The notes under the pieces: generated by a model | Told to the model about the DNA's origin: nothing | The model's input: the letters and a program-made list of their open reading frames with translations, nothing else | The model's database searches: none | DNA from: Antedon mediterranea | Taxonomy: Eukaryota; Animalia; Echinodermata | Direction: 5' to 3' | DNA length: 64,000 nt | NCBI RefSeq assembly: GCF_964355755.1 | Contig: NC_092677.1 | Location: 20,296,101 to 20,360,100 of the forward strand | Part shown: positions 14,201 to 28,800 of the stretch, piece after piece | How the letters are laid out: the number at the start of each line of letters is the position of its first letter | How positions within the stretch are numbered: the stretch's first letter is position 1 | Position numbers and translations under genes: made by a program

Positions 14201-15306
14201 AAAAAGGTCCACTTGTTTAGGCCTGACATTTACAACCCTCAAAATATCTCACTTTCAAAAACCATATTTATTTTCAATTAAAAAAAAAAAGAAAAAAATA
14301 TCCCTAGAGGTTCGACCCACTACTCAGAGCACTCAAAACTGAGCATTACCCGTTACGCCACAAACCAGTAGATGACTGAAGAGCTGATAATAGTCTATTT
14401 ATATGAAATGAATGATCAATCAATGAAAAATAATGCCATGCAACTTTGTTTCTGATCTCACTTTAAAAAAAAAGGTTCACTTGTTTAGGCCTGACATTTA
14501 CAACCTTAAAAATATCTCACTTTCAAAAACAATATTTATTTTCAATTTTAAAAAAAAATCCCTAGAGGTTCGAACCCACTACTGAGAGAACTCAAACCTG
14601 AGCATTATCCGTTACGCCACCAACCAGTAGGTGACTGAGGAGCTGATAATAGTCTATTTATATGAAATAAATGATCAATCAATGAAAAATAATGCCATGC
14701 AACTTTGTTTCTGATTTTAAAAAAGGTTCACTTGTTTTGGCCTGACATTTACAACCCTCAAAATATCTCACTTTCAAAAACAATATTTTTTCAATTAAAA
14801 AAAAAAAAGAAATAAAATATCAGTAGAGGTTCGAACGCACTAGTGAGAGCACTCAAACTTGAGCATTACCCGCTACGCCACAAACCAGTAGATGACTGAA
14901 GAGCTGATAATACTCTATTTATATGAAATAAATAATAAATCAATGAAAAATAATGCCATGCAACTTTATTTCTGATTTAAAAAAGGTTCATTTGTTTAGG
15001 CTTGACATTTAAAACCCTCAAAATATCTCACTTTCAAAAACAATATTTATTTTAAATTAAAAAAAAAATAGAAACAAAATATCCATAGAACCCACTAGTG
15101 AGAGCACTCAAACTTGAGCATTACCCGTTACGCCACAAACCAGTAGATGACTGAAGAGCTGATAATAGTCTATTTATATGAAATGAATGATCAGTCAATG
15201 AAAAATAATTGCCATGCAACTTTGTTTCTGATTTTAAAAAAGATCCATTTGTTTAGGCCTGACATTCACAACCGTAAAAATAATCTCATTTTCAAAAAAA
15301 ATATAT

Positions 15307-18300
15307 ATTTTCAATAAGAAAAAAAAAGAAATATCCCTAGAGGTTGGAACCCGCTACTGAGAGCACTCAAACCTGGGTATTACCCGTTACGCCACAAACC
15401 AGTAGATAACTGAAGAGCTGATAATAGTCTATTTATATGAAATTAATGATCACTCAATGAAAAATAATGCCATGCAACTTTGTTTCTGATTTAAAAAAGG
15501 TTCATTTGTTTAGGCCTGACATTTACAACCCTCAAAATATCTCACTTTCAAAAAAAATATTTATTTTCAATTAAAAAAAAAAGAAATGAAATATCTCTAG
15601 AGGTTCGAACCCACTACTGCGACCACTTAAACTTGAGCATTACCTGTTACGCCACAAACCAGTAGATGACTGAAGAGCTGATACTACTCTATTTATATGA
15701 AATAAATAATAAATCAATGAAAAATAATGCCATGCAACTTTGTTTCTGATTTTAAAAAAGGTTCATTTGTTTAGGCCTGACATTTACAACCCTAAAAAAA
15801 TCTCACTTTCAAAAAAAATATTTATATTCAATTAAAAACAAAAGAAAAGAAATATCCCTAGAGGTTCGAACCCACTACTGCGAGCACTCAAACTTCAGCA
15901 TTACCCGTTACGCCTCAAACCAGTAGATGACTGAAGAGCTGATAATACTTTATTTATATGAAATGAATAATAAATCAATGAAAAATAATGCCATGCAACT
16001 TTGTTTCTGATTTTAAAAAAGATTCACTTGTTTAGGCCTGACATTCACAACCCTAAAAAAAATCTCATTTTAAAAAAAAATATTTATTTTCAATAAGAAA
16101 AAAAAGAAGCAATATCCCTAGAGGTTGGAACCCGCTACTGAGAGCACTCAAACCTGGGTATTACCCGTTACGCCACAAACCAGTAGATAACTGATGAGTT
16201 GATAATAGTCTATTTATATGAAATTAATGATCAATCAATGAAAAATAATGCCATGCCACTTTGTTTCTGATTTTAAAAAAGGTTCATTTGTTTAGGCCTG
16301 ACATTTACAACCCTCAAAATATGTCACTTTCAAAAAAAAATTATTTTCAATTAAAAAAAAAGAAAAGAAATATACCTAGGGGTTCGAACCCACTACTGCG
16401 AACACTCAAACTTGAGCATTACCCGTTACGCCTCAAACCAGTAGATGACTGAAGAGCTGATAATACTCTATTTATATGAAATTAATAATAAATCAATGAA
16501 AAATAATGCCATGCAACCTTGTTTCTGATTTTAAAAAAGGTTCACTTGTTTAGGCCTGACATTTACAACCCTCAAAATATCTCACTTTCAAAAACAATAT
16601 TTATTTTAAATTAAAAAAAAAAAAAAAAAAATATCCGTAGAGGTTCGAACCCACTAGTGAGAGCACTCAAATTTGGGCATTACCCGTTACGCCACAAACC
16701 AGTAGATGACTGAAGAGCTGATAATACTCTATTTATATGAAATAAATAATAAATCAATGAAAAATAATGCCATGCAACTTTGTTTCTGATTTTAAAAAAG
16801 GACCACTTGTTTAGGCCTGATATTTACAACCCTCAAAATATCTCACTTTCAAAAACAATATTTATTTTCAATTTAAAAAAAAAAAAATCCCTAGAGGTTC
16901 GAACCTACTACTGAGAGCACTCAAACCTGAGCATTATCCGTTACGCCACAAACCAGTAGGTGACTGAGTAGCTGATAATAGTCTATTTATATGAAATGAA
17001 TGATCAATCAATGAAAAACAATGCCATGCAACTTTGTTTCTGATTTTAAAAAAGATCCATTTGTTTAGGCCTGACATTCACAACCCTAAAAAAAATCTCA
17101 TTTTTAAAAAAAATATTTATTTTCAATAAGAAAAAAAGAGTAATATCCCTAGAGGTTGGAACCCGCTACTGAGAGCACTCAAACCTGGGTATTACCCGTT
17201 ACGCCACAAACCAGTAGATAACTGAAGAGCTGATAATAGTCTATTTATATGAAATTAATGATCAATCAATGAAAAATAATGCCATGCAACTTTGTTTCTG
17301 ATTTAAAAAAGGTTCATTTGTTTAGGCCTGACATTTACAACCCTCAAAATATCTCACTTTCAAAAAAAATATTTATTTTCAATTAAAAAAAAAGAAAAAA
17401 AATATTTGTAGAGGTTCGAACCCACTACTGCGAGAACTCAAACCTTAGCACTACCGGTTACGCCACAAACCAGTAGATGACTGAAGAGCTGATAATACTC
17501 TATTTATATGAAATTAATAATAAATCAATGAAAAATAATGCCATGCAACTTTGTTTCTGATTTTAAAAAAGGTTCACTTGTTTAGGCCTGACATTTACAA
17601 CCCTCAAAATATCTCACTTTCAAAAACAATATTTATTTTAAATTAAAAAAAAAAAAAAAAAAATATCCGTAGAGGTTCGAACCCACTAGTGAGAGCACTC
17701 AAATTTGGGCATTACCCGTTACGCCACAAACCAGTAGATGACTGAAGAGCTGATAATACTCTATTTATATGAAATAAATAATAAATCAATGAAAAATAAT
17801 GCCATGCAACTTTGTTTCTGATTTTAAAAAAGGACCACTTGTTTAGGCCTGATATTTACAACCCTCAAAATATCTCACTTTCAAAAACAATATTTATTTT
17901 CAATTTAAAAAAAAAAAAATCCCTAGAGGTTCGAACCTACTACTGAGAGCACTCAAACCTGAGCATTATCCGTTACGCCACAAACCAGTAGGTGACTGAG
18001 TAGCTGATAATAGTCTATTTATATGAAATGAATGATCAATCAATGAAAAACAATGCCATGCAACTTTGTTTCTGATTTTAAAAAAGATCCATTTGTTTAG
18101 GCCTGACATTCACAACCCTAAAAAAAATCTCATTTTCAAAAAAAATATTTATTTTCAATAAGAAAAAAAGAGTAATATCCCTAGAGGTTGGAACCCGCTA
18201 CTGAGAGCACTCAAACCTGGGTATTACCCGTTACGCCACAAACCAGTAGATAACTGAAGAGCTGATAATAGTCTATTTATATGAAATTAATGATCAATCA

Positions 18301-21300
18301 ATGAAAAATAATGCCATGCAACTTTGTTTCTGATTTAAAAAAGGTTCATTTGTTTAGGCCTGACATTTACAACCCTCAAAATATCTCACTTTCAAAAAAA
18401 ATATTTATTTTCAATTAAAAAAAAAGAAAAAAAATATTTGTAGAGGTTCGAACCCACTACTGCGAGAACTCAAACCTTAGCACTACCGGTTACGCCACAA
18501 ACCAGTAGATGACTGAAGAGCTGATAATACTCTATTTATATGAAATTAATAATAAATCAATGAAAAATAATGCCATGCAACTTTGTTTCTGATTTTAAAA
18601 AAGGTTCACTTGTTTAGGCCTGACATTTACAACCCTCAAAATATCTCACTTTCAAAAACAATATTTATTTTAAATAAAAAAAAAAAGAAACAAAATATCC
18701 GTAGAGGTTCGAACCCACTAGTGAAAGCACTCAAACTTGAGCATTACCCGTTACGCCACAAACCAGTAGATGACTGAAGAGCTGACAATACTCTATTTAT
18801 ATGAAATGAATGATCAATCAATGAAAAATAATGCCATGCAACTTTGTTTCTGATTTTAAAAAAGGTCCACTTGTTTAGGCCTGACATTTACAACCCTCAA
18901 AATATCTCACTTTCAAAAACAATATTTATTTTCAATAAAAAAAAAAAAAAAAAAAATATTCGTAGAGGTTCGAACCCACTACTGCGAGAACTCAAACCTG
19001 AGCATTACCCGTTACGCCTCAAACCAGTAGATGACTGAAGAGCTGATAATACTCTATTTATATGAAATTAATAATAAATCAATGAAAAATAATGCAATGC
19101 AACTTTGTTTCTGATTTTAAAAAAGGTTCATTTGTTTAGGCCTGTCATTTACAACCCTCAAAATATCTCACCTTCAAAAACAATATTTATTTTAAATAAA
19201 AAAAAAAAAGAAACAAAATATCCGTAGAGGTTCGAACCCACTAGTGAAAGCACTCAAACTTGAGCATTACCCGTTACGCCACAAACCAGTAGATGACTGA
19301 AGAGCTGACAATACTCTATTTATATGAAATGAATGATCAATCAATGAAAAATAATACCATGCAACTTTGTTTCTGATTTTAAAAAAGGTCCACTTGTTTA
19401 GGCCTGACATTTACAACCCTCAAAATATCTCACTTTCAAAAACAATATTTTTTTCAATAAAAAAAAAAAGAAAACAAATATTCGTAGAGGTTCGAACCCA
19501 CTACTGCGAGAACTCAAACCTGAGCATTACCCGTTACGCCACAAACCAGTAGATGACTGAAGAGCTGATAATACTCTATTTATATGAAATTAATAATAAA
19601 TCAATGAAAAATAATGCAATGCAACTTTGTTTCTGATTTTAAAAAAGGTTCATTTGTTTAGGCCTGTCATTTACAACCCTCAAAATATCTCACCTTCAAA
19701 AAAAATATTTATTTTCAATAAAAAAAAAAAAGAAAAGAAATATCCCTAGAAGTTCGAACCCACTACTGCGAGAACTCAAACCTGAGCATTACCCGTTACG
19801 CCTCAAACCAGTAGATGACTGAAGAGCTGATAATACTCTATTTATATGAAATTAATAATAAATCAATGAAAAATAATGCAATGCAACTTTGTTTCTGATT
19901 TTAAAAAACGTTCATTTGTTTAGGCCTGTCATTTACAACCCTCAAAATATCTCACCTTCAAAAACAATATTTATTTTAAATAAAAAAAAAAAAGAAACAA
20001 AATATCCGTAGAGGTTCGAACCCACTAGTGAAAGCACTCAAACTTGAGCATTACCCGTTACGCCACAAACCAGTAGATGACTGAAGAGCTGACAATACTC
20101 TATTTATATGAAATGAATGATCAATCAATGAAAAATAATGCCATGAAACTTTGTTTCTGATTTTAAAAAAGGTCCACTTGTTTAGGCCTGACATTTACAA
20201 CCCTCAAAATATCTCACTTTCAAAAACAATATTTTTTTCAATAAAAAAAAAAAAGAAAACAAATATTCGTAGAGGTTCGAACCCACTACTGCGAGAACTC
20301 AAACCTGAGCATTACCCGTCACGCCACAAACCAGTAGATGACTGAAGAGCTGATAATACTCTATTTATATGAAATTAATAATAAATCAATGAAAAATAAT
20401 GCCATGCAACTTAGTTTCTGATTTTAAAAAAGGTTCACTTGTTTAGGCCTGACATTTACAACCCTCAAAATATCTCACTTTCAAAAACAATATTTATTTT
20501 AAATAAAAAAAAAAAAGAAACAAAATATCCGTAGAGGTTCGAACCCACTAGTAAAAGCACTCAAACTTGAGCATTACCCGTTACGCCACAAACCAGTAGA
20601 TGACTGAAGAGCTGACAATACTCTATTTATATGAAATGAATGATCAATCAATGAAAAATAATGCCATGCAACTTTGTTTCTGATTTTAAAAAAGGTCCAC
20701 TTGTTTAGGCCTGACATTTACAACCCTCAAAATATCTCACTTTCAAAAACAATATTTATTTTCCATAAAAAAAAAAAAAAAAAAAAATATTCGTAGAGGT
20801 TCGAACCCACTACTGCGAGAACTCAAACCTTACCATTACCCGTTACGCCTCAAACCAGTAGATGACTGAAGAGCTGATAATACTCTATTTATATGAAATT
20901 AATAATAAATCAATGAAAAATAATGCCATGCAACTTTGTTTCTGATTTTAAAAAAGGTTCACTTGTTTAGGCCTGACATTTACAACCCTCAAAATATCTC
21001 ACTTTCAAAAACAATATTTATTTTAAATAAAAAAAAAAAAGAAACAAAATATCCGTAGAGGTTCGAACCCACTAGTGAAAGCACTCAAACTTGAGCATTA
21101 CCCGTTACGCCACAAACCAGTATATGACTGAAGAGCTGACAATACTCTATTTATATGAAATGAATGATCAATCAATGAAAAATAATGCCATGCAACTTTG
21201 TTTCTGATTTTAAAAAAGGTCCACTTGTTTAGGCCTGACATTTACAACCCTCAAAATATCTCACCTTCAAAAACAATATTTATTTTCTATAAAAAAAAAA

Positions 21301-24300
21301 AGAAAAGAAATATCCATAGAGGTTCGAACCCACTACTGCGAGCACTCAAACTTGAGCATTACCCGTTACGCCTCAAACCAGTAGATGACTGAAGAGCTGA
21401 TAATACTCTATTTATATGAAATGAATAATAAATCAATGAAAAATAATGCCATGCAACTTTGTTCCTGATTTTAAAAAAGGTTCACTTGTTTAGGCCTGAC
21501 ATTTACAACCCTCAAAATATCTCACTTTCAAAAACAATATTTATTTTAAATAAAAAAAAAAAAAGAAACAAAATATCCGTAGAGGTTCGAACCCACTAGT
21601 GAGAGCACTCAAACTTGAGCATTACCCGTTACGCCACAAACCAGTAGATGAATGAAGAGCTGACAATACTCTATTTATATGAAATAAATAATAAATCAAT
21701 GAAAAATAATGCCATGCAACTTTGTTTCTGATTTTAAAAAAGGTTCACTTGTTTAGGCCTGACATTTACAACCCTCAAAATATCTCACTTTCAAAAACAA
21801 TATTTATTTTAAATAAAAAAAAAAAATATCCGTAGAGGTTCGAACCCACTAGTGAGAGCACTCAAACTTGAGCATTACCCGTTACGCCACAAACCAGTAG
21901 ATAACTGAATAGCTGATAATAGTCTATTTATATGAAATGAATGATCAATCAATGAAAAATAATGCCATGCAACTTTGTTTCTGATTTTAAAAAAGGTCCA
22001 CTTGTTTAGGCCTGACATTTACAACCCTCAAAATATCTCACTTTCAAAAACAATATTTTTTTCAATAAAAAAAAAAAAGAAAACAAATATTCGTAGAGGT
22101 TCGAACCCACTACTGCGAGAACTCAAACCTGAGCATTACCCGTTACGCCTCAAACCAGTAGATGACTGAAGAGCTAATAATACTCTATTTATATGAAATT
22201 AATAATAAATCAATGAAAAATAATGCCATGCAACTTTGTTTCTGATTTTAAAAAAGGTTCACTTGGGTAGGCCTGACATTTACAACCCTCAAAATATCTC
22301 ACTTTCAAAAACAATATTTATTTTAAATAAAAAAAAAAGAAACAAAATATTCGTAGTGGTTCGAACCCACTAGTGAAAGCACTCAAACTTCAGCATTACC
22401 CGTTACGCCACAAACCAGTAGATGACTGAAGAGCTGACAATACTCTATTTATATGAAATGAATGATCAATCAATGAAAAATAATGCCATGCAACTTTGTT
22501 TCTGATTTTAAAAAAGGTTCATTTGTTTAGGCCTGTCATTTACAACCCTCAAAATATCTCACCTTCAAAAAAAATATTTATTTTCAATAAAAAAAAAAAA
22601 GAAAAGAAATATCCCTAGAGGTTCGAAGCCACTACTGCGAGAACTCAAACCTGAGCATTATCCGTTACGCCTCAAACCAGTAGATGACTGGAGAGCTGAT
22701 AATACTCTATTTATATGAAATTAATAATAAATCAATGAAAAATAATGCAATGCAACTTTGTTTCTGATTTTAAAAAAGGTTCATTTGTTTAGGCCTGTCA
22801 TTTACAACCCTCAAAATATCTCACCTTCAAAAAAAATATTTATTTTCAATAAAAAAAAAAAAGAAAAGAAATATCCCTAGAGGTTCGAACCCACTAGTGA
22901 GAGCACTCAAACTTAAGCATTACCCGTTACGCCACAAACCAGTAGATAACTGAAGAGCTGATAATAGTCTATTTATATGAAATGAATGATCAATCCATGA
23001 AAAATAATGCCATGCAACTTTGTTTCTGATTTTAAAAAAGGTCCACTTGTTTAGGCCTGACATTTACAACCCTCAAAATATCTCACTTTCAAAAACAATA
23101 TTTTTTTCAATAAAAAAAAAAAAGAAAACAAATATTCGTAGAGGTTCGAACCCACTACTGCGAGAACTCAAACCTGAGCATTACCCGTTACGCCTCAAAC
23201 CAGTAGATGACTGAAGAGCTGATAATACTCTATTTATATGGAATTAATAATAAATCAATGAAAAATAATGCCATGCAACTTTGTTTCTGATTTTAAAAAA
23301 GGTTCACTTGTTTAGGCCTGACATTTACAACCCTCAAAATATCTCACTTTCAAAAACAATATTTATTTTAAATAAAAAAAAAAAAGAAACAAAATATCCG
23401 TAGAGGTTCGAACCCACTAGTGAAAGCACTCAAAATTGAGCATTACCCGTTACGCCACAAACCAGTAGATGACTGAAGAGCTGACAATACTCTATTTATA
23501 TGAAATGAATGATCAATCAATGAAAAATAATGCCATGCAACTTTGTTTCTGATTTTAAAAAAGGTCCACTTGTTTAGGCCTGACATTTACAACCCTCAAA
23601 ATATCTCACTTTCAAAAACAATATTTATTTTCAATAAAAAAAAAAAAAAAAAAAAATATTCGTAGAGGTTCGAACCCACTACTGCGAGAACTCAAACCTG
23701 AGCATTACCCGTTACGCCTCAAACCAGTAGATGACTGAAGAGCTGATAATACTCTATTTATATGAAATTAATAATAAATCAATGAAAAATAATGCAATGC
23801 AACTTTGTTTCTGATTTTAAAAAAGGTTCATTTGTTTAGGCCTGTCATTTACAACCCTCAAAATATCTCACCTTCAAAAAAAATATTTATTTTCAATAAA
23901 AAAAAAAAAAGAAATATCCCTAGAGGTTCGAACCCACTACTGCAAGCACTCAAACTTGAGCATTACCCGTTACGCCTCAAACCAGTAGATGACTGAAGAG
24001 CTGATAATACTCTATTTATATGAAATGAAATGAATAATAAATCAATGAAAAATAATGCCATGCAACTTTGTTTCTGATTTTAAAAAAGGTTCACTTGTTT
24101 AGGCCTGACATTTACAACCCTCAAAATATCTCACCTTCAAAAACAATATTTATTTTCAAATAAAAAAAAAAGAAAAAAAAAATATCCCTAGAAGTTCGAA
24201 CCCACTATTGAAATCACTCAAACCTGAGCATTAACCGTTCGCCGCAAACCATTTTATGACTGAAGAGCTGATAATACTCTATTTATATGAAATTAATAAT

Positions 24301-25863
24301 AAATCAATGAAAAATAATGCCATGCAACTTTGTTTCTGATTTTAAAAAAGGTTCATTTGTTTAGGCCTGTCATTTACAACCCTCAAAATATCTCACCTTC
24401 AAAAAAAATATTTATTTTCAATAAAAAAAAAAAAGAAAAGAAATATCCCTAGAGGTTCGAACCCACTAGTGAGAGCACTCAAACTTGAGCATTACCCGTT
24501 ACGCCACAAACCAGTAGATAACTGAAGAGCTGATAATAGTCTATTTATATGAAATGAATGATCAATCAATGAAAAATAATGCCATGCAACTTTGTTTCTG
24601 ATTTTAAAAAAGGTCCACTTGTTTAGGCCTGACATTTACAACCCTCAAAATATCTCACTTTCAAAAACAATATTTTTTTCAATAAAAAAAAAAAAGAAAA
24701 CAAATATTCGTAGAGGTTCGAACCCACTACTGCGAGAACTCAAACCTGAGCATTACCCGTTGCGCCTCAAACCAGTAGATGACTGAAGAGCTGATAATAC
24801 TCTATTTATATGAAATTAATAATAAATCAATGAAAAATAATGCCATGCAACTTTGTTTCTGATTTTAAAAAAGATCCATTTGTTTAGGCCTGACATTTAC
24901 AACCCTAAAAAATATCTCATTTTCAAAAAAAATATTTATTTTCAATAAGAAAAAAAAAAGAAATATCCCTAGAGGTTGGAACCCGCTACTGAGAGCACTC
25001 AAACCTGGGTATTACCCGTTACGCCACAAACCAGTAGATAACTGAAGAGCTGATAATAGTCTATTTATATGAAATTAATGATCAATCAATGAAAAATAAT
25101 GCCATGCAACTTTGTTTCTGATTTTAAAAAAGGTCCACTTGTTTAGGCCTGACATTTACAACCCTCAAACTATATCACTTTCAAAAACCATATTTATTTT
25201 AAATTTTAAAAAAAAATAGAAAAAAAATATTCGTAGAGGTTCGAACCCACCACTGCGAGAACTCAAACCTGAGCACTACCAGTTACGCTACAAACCAGTA
25301 GATGACTGAAGAGCTGATAATAGTCTATTTATATGAAATTAATAATAAATCAATGAAAAATAATGCCATGCAACTTTGTTTCTGATTTTAAAAAAGGTTA
25401 ACTTGTTTAGGCCTGACATTTACAACCCTCAAAATATCTCACTTTCAAAAACAATATTTATTAAAAAAAAAAAAAAAAGAAACAAAATATCCGTAGAGGT
25501 TCGAACCTACTAGTGAGAGAACTCACACTTGAGCATTACCCGTTACGCCACAAACCAGTAGATGACTGAAGAGCTGATAATACTCTATTTATATGAAATA
25601 AATAATAAATCAATGAAAAATAATGCCATGCAACTTTGTTTCTGATTTTAAAAAAGGTCCACTTGTTTAGGCCTGACATTTACAACCCTCAAAATATCTC
25701 ACTTTCAAAAACCATATTTATTTTCAATTTAAAAAAAAAAGAAAAAAAATATCCCTAGAGGTTCGACCAACTACTCAGAGCACTCAAAACTGAGCATTAC
25801 CCGTTACGCCACAAACCAGTAGATGACTGAAGAGCTGATAATAGTCTATTTATATGAAATGAA
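15307..25863. repeat. Block A (~10.5 kb, ~40 monomers), duplicated at ~30744-41300
   Basis: Constant 15437 offset between ORF-track pairs (16261/31698, 18583/34020, 24592/40029). Shared rare variants include gatcactcaa, cttgggtagg, gaaatgaaatgaat and cgaagccact. Confidence 0.92.
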
Positions 25864-28800
25864 TGATCAATCAATGAAAAATAATGCCATGCAACTTTGT
25901 TTCTGATTTTAAAAAAGGTCCACTTGTTTAGGCCTGACATTTACAACCCTCAAAATATCTCACTTTCAAAAACCATATTTATTTTCAATTTAAAAAAAAA
26001 AGAAAAAAAATATCCCTAGAGGTTCGACCCACTACTCAGAGCACTCAAAACTGAGCATTACCCGTTACGCCACAAACCAGTAGATGACTGAAGAGCTGAT
26101 AATAGTCTATTTATATGAAATGAATGATCAATCAATGAAAAATAATGCCATGCAACTTTGTTTCTGATTTAAAAAAAGGTTCACTTGTTTAGGCCTGACA
26201 TTTACAACCCTAAAAATATCTCACTTTCAAAAACAATATTTCTTTTCAATTTAAAAAAAAAATCCCTAGAGGTTCGAACCCACTACTGAGAGAACTCAAA
26301 CCTGAGCATTATCCGTTACGCCACCAACCAGTAGGTGACTGAGGAGCTGATAATAGTCTATTTATATGAAATGAATGATCAATCAATGAAAAATAATGCC
26401 ATGCAACTTTGTTTCTGATTTTAAAAAAGGTCCACTTGTTTAGGCCTGATATTTACAACCCTCAAAATATCTCACTTTCAAAAACAATATTTATTTTAAA
26501 TAAAAAAAAAAAAGAAACAAAATATCCGTAGAGGTTCGAACCCACTAGTGAGAGCACTCAAACTTGAGCTTTACCCGTTACGCCACAAACCAGTAGATGA
26601 CTGAAGAGCTGATAATACTCTATTTATATGAAATAAATAATAAATCAATGAAAAATAATGTCATGCAACTTTGTTTCTGATTTTAAAAAAGGTCCACTTG
26701 TTTAGGCCTGATATTTACAACCCTCAAAATATCTCACTTTCAAAAACCATATTTATTTTCAATTTAAAAAAAAAAGAAAAAAAATATCCTTAGAGGTTCG
26801 ACCCACTACTCAGAGCACTCAAACCTGAGCATTACCCGTTACGCCACAAACCAGTAGATGACTGAAGAGCTGATAATAGTCTATTTATATGAAATGAATG
26901 ATCAATCAATGAAAAATAATGCCATGCAACTTTGTTTCTGATTTTAAAAAAGGTCCACTTGTTTAGGCCTGATATTTACAACCCTCAAAATATCTCACTT
27001 TCAAAAACCATATTTATTTTCAATTTAAAAAAAAAAGAAAAAAAATATCCCTAGAGGTTCGACCCACTACTCAGAGCACTCAAACCTGAGCATTACCCGT
27101 TACGCCACAAACCAGTAGATGACTGAAGAGCTGATAATAGTCTATTTATATGAAATGAATGATCAATCAATGAAAAATAATGCCATGCAACTTTGTTTCT
27201 GATTTTAAAAAAGGTCCACTTGTTTAGGCCTGACATTTACAACCCTCAAAATATCTCACTTTCAAAAACAATATTTATTTTCAATAAGAAAAAAAAAAGC
27301 AATATCCCTAGAGGTTGGAACCCGCTACTGAGAGCACTCAAACCTGGGTATTACCCGTTACGCCACAAACCAGTAGATGACTGAAGAGCTGATAATAGTC
27401 TATTTATATGAAATGAATGATCAATCAATGAAAAATAATGCCATGCAACTTTGTTTCTGATTTTAAAAAAGGTCCACTTGTTTAGGCCTGACATTTACAA
27501 CCCTCAAAATATCTCACTTTCAAAAACAATATTTATTTTCAATTTTAAAAAAAAAGCCCTAGAGGTTCGAACCCACTACTGAGAGAACTCAAACCTGAGC
27601 ATTATCCGTTACGCCACCAACCAGTAGGTGACTGAGGAGCTGATAATAGTCTATTTATATGAAATGAATGATCAATCAATGAAAAATAATGCCATGCAAC
27701 TTTGTTTCTGATTGAAAAAAAGGTTCACTTGTTTTGGCCTGACATTTACAACCCTCAAAATATCTCACTTTCAAAAACAATATTTTTTCAATTAAAAAAA
27801 AAAAAGAAATAAAATATCAGTAGAGGTTCGAACCCTCTAGTGAGAGCACTCAAACTTGAGCATTACCCGCTACGCCACAAACCAGTAGATGACTGAAGAG
27901 CTGATAATACTCTATTTATATGAAATCAATAATAAATCAATGAAAAATAATGCCATGCAACTTTGTTTCTGATTTTAAAAAAGGTTCATTTGTTTAGGCC
28001 TGTCATTTACAACCCTCAAAATATCTCACCTTCAAAAAAAATATTTATTTTCAATAAAAAAAAAAAGAAAAGAAATATCCCTAGAGGTTCGAACCCACTA
28101 CTGCGAGCACTCAAACTTGAGCATTACCCGTTACGCCTCAAACCAGTAGATGACTGAAGAGCTGATAATACTCTATTTATATGAAATGAATAATAAATCA
28201 ATCAAAAATAATGCCATGCAACTTTGTTTCTGATTTTAAAAAAGGTTCTCTTGTTTAGGCCTGACATTTACAACCCTCAAAATATCTCACCTTCAAAAAC
28301 AATATTTATTTTCAAATAAAAAAAAAAGAAAAAAAATATCCCTAGAAGTTCGAACCCACTATTGAAATCACTCAAACCTGAGCATTACCCGTTCGCCGCA
28401 AACCATTTTATGACTGAAGAGCTGATAATAGTCTACTTATATGAAATGGATGATCAATCAATGAAAAATAATGCCATGCAACTTTGTTTCTGATTTTAAA
28501 AAAGGTTCACTTGTTTAGGCCTGACAGTTGCAACCCTAAAAATATCTCACTTTCAAAAACAATATTTATTTTCAATTAAAAAAAAAGAAAAAAAAATACC
28601 CGTATAGGTTCGAACCCACTACTGAGAGCACTCAAACCTGAGCATTACACGTTACGCCAAAAACCAGTAGATGACTGAGGAGCTGATAATAGTCTATATA
28701 TATGAAATGAATGATCAATCAATGAAAAATAATGCCATGCAACTTTGTTTCTGATTGAAAAAAATGTTCACTTGTTTAGGCCTCACATTTACAACCCTCA

